This document shows positions 38,588 to 40,556 of a stretch of 40,556 bases of DNA, piece by piece; within the stretch, counting starts at the first letter, position 1, and each line of letters opens with the position of its first letter. The notes beneath the pieces are model-generated. The model saw nothing but the letters and a program-made list of their open reading frames with translations, did no database searches and had not been told where the DNA came from. The stretch is from a virus. Taxonomy: Duplodnaviria > Caudoviricetes. The DNA is taken from IMG/VR virus record IMGVR_UViG_3300035491_000180, positions 1-40,556 of that record; one strand, written 5' to 3'. The position numbers and the translations under genes were made by a program.

Positions 38588-38956
38588 TCATACTATTTCA
38601 CCCCTGTACTGTACATCCAACCCATTGTCTTCTGCGATTGACATGATGTAATCGATGAACAGATGACGGTGGCAGAATGTACCCGCAGTACAATAACACG
38701 CTACAGCCCCAACATAATCCCTGTCGATGAACTTCTCGAATATAGAAGGGTCGTAATGGAACAATGCGTCAAGTTTATTGAGGTATAGTTCGGTGTATTC
38801 TTCTTCACCGATCTCACCGCGTTTATATTTCCAGAGGTGATCAGGATGAGGTGCAAAGTTTTTATCTCCTGATTTCACGGTGATATCTATCAGGGGTATC
38901 TCGAGTTTTATAGCTTTACGCCATTGGGGTATAGCGATTGTATAAAGTTCTAACAT
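38588..38956 (-). CDS. DUF488-like protein
   Basis: DITVKSG, FAP, Y...Y and ACYC..G.FCHRH metal-binding-type motif. Confidence 0.65.
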   Translation of the reverse strand: MLELYTIAIPQWRKAIKLEIPLIDITVKSGDKNFAPHPDHLWKYKRGEIGEEEYTELYLNKLDALFHYDPSIFEKFIDRDYVGAVACYCTAGTFCHRHLFIDYIMSIAEDNGLDVQYRGEIV

Positions 38957-39000
38957 AACTCACCTCACGATAATTCATAACGTATCGTGAAATGATAAAT

Positions 39001-39059
39001 AAAAATAAAAAAAAAGAATGGTAACGTAGATAGACTGGAGCGTGCTCCAGTCTATCTAC
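39001..39059 (-). terminator. Hairpin plus long T-tract
   Basis: GTAGATAGACTGGAGC-gt-GCTCCAGTCTATCTAC (39026-39059) followed on the minus strand by a long T run. Confidence 0.75.
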
Positions 39060-39060
39060 T

Positions 39061-39315
39061 ATGGATTACCTTCTTTCGATATCGTTCTATAGCGTAACGA
39101 TAAAGCTGAGAGAGATCTGGGTTTCGGCATGCAGGATTGCGCCCAGGTTATACTCTCATATCCACCATTGTAGTCTAAGCCCGTGGAGGGGCGGCTATCT
39201 CTGGATCAGGCCCCGTTCCAGATTAGGGTTTCTTAACTTATAGTCATAGTCGGGAATGGCCACCACCATCATTTTACAATGCACCCGACGTGCTTGGTTA
39301 CTGTCTGTTTCTTTA
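39061..39315 (+). ncRNA. Candidate structured non-coding element A
   Basis: Four adjacent irregular hairpins with G-T wobbles on the plus strand; no RBS-supported ORF. Confidence 0.5.
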
Positions 39316-39338
39316 CTACCTCCAATTAAACCACTTGA

Positions 39339-39674
39339 TTAAGCGTGGTTGTTAGCTGCATCACGCAGCCAACCACGCATCTTTTCCTTCCACTCAATGG
39401 AAGGGGCATTCTCTTCGGTTGTATCATCCGAAAAGACCAACGGGAGGGGATAGAACCCCTCTCCGTCTTCGGCTCTCACGAGCCAATAGTAGGAGCCGAG
39501 CTCCCAGTTACCGGTCTCGATCCCGGCACGGAGAACATCCCTGTTCTCCTCGGTATAGGGATGTCCTTCTTCAAGAACATCCGCTACGCGGATGACTCCG
39601 TCCTCAGACGGAGCTCCATGGCTCATGACCAGGGAGTTTTCGGCGCCAAGATCATAATCGTAAGTGTATTTCAT
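39339..39674 (-). CDS. Hypothetical acidic protein (111 aa)
   Basis: ATG 39674 with AGGAG RBS, just downstream of promoter motif copy 3. Confidence 0.8.
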   Translation of the reverse strand: MKYTYDYDLGAENSLVMSHGAPSEDGVIRVADVLEEGHPYTEENRDVLRAGIETGNWELGSYYWLVRAEDGEGFYPLPLVFSDDTTEENAPSIEWKEKMRGWLRDAANNHA

Positions 39675-39731
39675 TTCAGTTCTCCTAATAGAACTTGAGG
39701 TTAAAGGAAGATTGTTCTTCCTGATCACTAG

Positions 39732-39759
39732 CACTATGTATTGTTGAAATAAATTCGAA
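39732..39759 (-). promoter_or_regulatory. Putative phage-RNAP promoter, copy 3
   Basis: TTCGAATT-N8-CAATACATAGTG with the same spacing as the other two copies. Confidence 0.65.
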
Positions 39760-39784
39760 TAGACTTTTTCGAGACAACATAAAA

Positions 39785-40195
39785 GAAGCACTTCCCCCAG
39801 TACACTCATCTACGCAACAATAGACGAATGTACTGGAGGCTGTACTTCATGCTTAATGAAATGAGGAGCGGCACCCATCAAGCACGATAGATCAATACCG
39901 TCGAGGCACAGTACTGATCTAGACAGCATGTGGAGCATGACTGCTCTACACACCTGCCGTTTACAATTGACTGATGCCCGGTAGCGTAAGAGGCGGTCAA
40001 TTGAACAGTTCACTCTGATTATCACGACGAGTTCATCAGAGGGCAACAAACCAAATAGACGAGGGTGGATAACCACCCTCGTCACGGGTGCACCTATCCA
40101 ACGATAGATGCGAGTCAGGCCGAAAGTCTGACTCAGGAGGGCGCACTTAAGCGCTTGATTAGCGGAAACAGTTTGTGAAAGAGCAGTTTCGCATA
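39785..40195. ncRNA. Candidate structured non-coding element B (hairpin array)
   Basis: About 11 consecutive stem-loops filling 410 nt. Confidence 0.55.
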
Positions 40196-40214
40196 ATATA
40201 CCGCAAAAATGCAC

Positions 40215-40556
40215 TTAACTGTTAATGAGTGTTTCCAGGGCAGTGAAGTTCGGTCCTTCGTCACGGATACTGGCATTCATCCAAACATCATAATGACGAC
40301 AGAGTACATCAGCTACACCAGGAATCATCATATCGGAGCGGAGGATGAACTCAGGATTCGATTCGGCACCTTCAACCATGGACTGGCCTACTTCAGACAG
40401 ATAACCACGTTCACTCATCCATTTGAGTGTCAGTACCTGAAAGTGACGAGCAGTGTCGGTGTTTTCCTCAGGAAGGGAGAACTCGACAGGTTCACAATGG
40501 GATTCGGTAGAAACATCTTCCTCTTCATCATTGTCATCCGATTCTTCTTCAGATTC
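40215..40556 (-). CDS. 3' part of a gene with acidic tract (starts outside window)
   Basis: Frame open to the window end: ESEEESDDNDEEEDVSTESHCEPVEF...LETLINS*. Confidence 0.75.
   Translation of the reverse strand, partial: ESEEESDDNDEEEDVSTESHCEPVEFSLPEENTDTARHFQVLTLKWMSERGYLSEVGQSMVEGAESNPEFILRSDMMIPGVADVLCRHYDVWMNASIRDEGPNFTALETLINS

Noticed and set aside
39061-39076. ATGGATTACCTTCTTT resembles the 16S rRNA 3' end (GGATCACCTCCTT)
   Set aside because: Short match with two mismatches and no other rRNA similarity; probably chance.
39061-39243. 60-aa plus-strand ORF
   Set aside because: No RBS; the start abuts a hairpin and the ORF overlaps the structured element.
39990-40041. CTGATGA on the minus strand suggesting a hammerhead ribozyme
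   Set aside because: No correctly placed stem II plus GAAA; the motif is buried in a hairpin stem.
39810-40214. 134-aa minus-strand ORF
   Set aside because: No RBS, atypical Cys/Arg/Leu-rich composition, and the region is explained by dense hairpins. Not formally excluded.
1-40556. CRISPR arrays, tRNAs, rRNAs, IS elements, group I/II introns, alternative genetic code
   Set aside because: No repeat-spacer periodicity, cloverleaf, transposase or split core gene was seen. Genes tile densely under the standard code using TAA, TGA and TAG stops.

Overview
This window comes from a phiKZ-like (Chimalliviridae-type) jumbo phage genome. The assignments rest on motifs and gene order recalled from phiKZ/SPN3US-type phages; no database search was run. 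Left half (0.5-21 kb): conserved core with portal, baseplate/tail structural genes, RuvC, two membrane proteins, a CYTH protein, the N-terminal half of the split non-virion RNAP beta subunit, major capsid protein and DnaB-like helicase. Middle (21-30 kb): accessory and nucleotide-metabolism block with a DHH phosphoesterase, a GIY-YIG remnant, two tandem dCTP deaminase homologs, a minimal nucleotidyltransferase and nrdAB. Right (30-38.5 kb): tail fibre/receptor-binding module. Most notable observations: (1) two dense arrays of back-to-back hairpins (about 39060-39310 and 39785-40195) with no credible ORF, flanking a small gene, which are candidate large structured RNAs or ssDNA elements; (2) a bipartite promoter-like motif TTCGA-N11-CAATACAT found three times on the minus strand, each followed by a leader hairpin; (3) a dCTP deaminase paralog with the catalytic Glu replaced by Gln and no C-terminal arm, next to an intact copy and a broken homing endonuclease; (4) a Hint-like insertion in NrdA; (5) a probable modular adhesin system.
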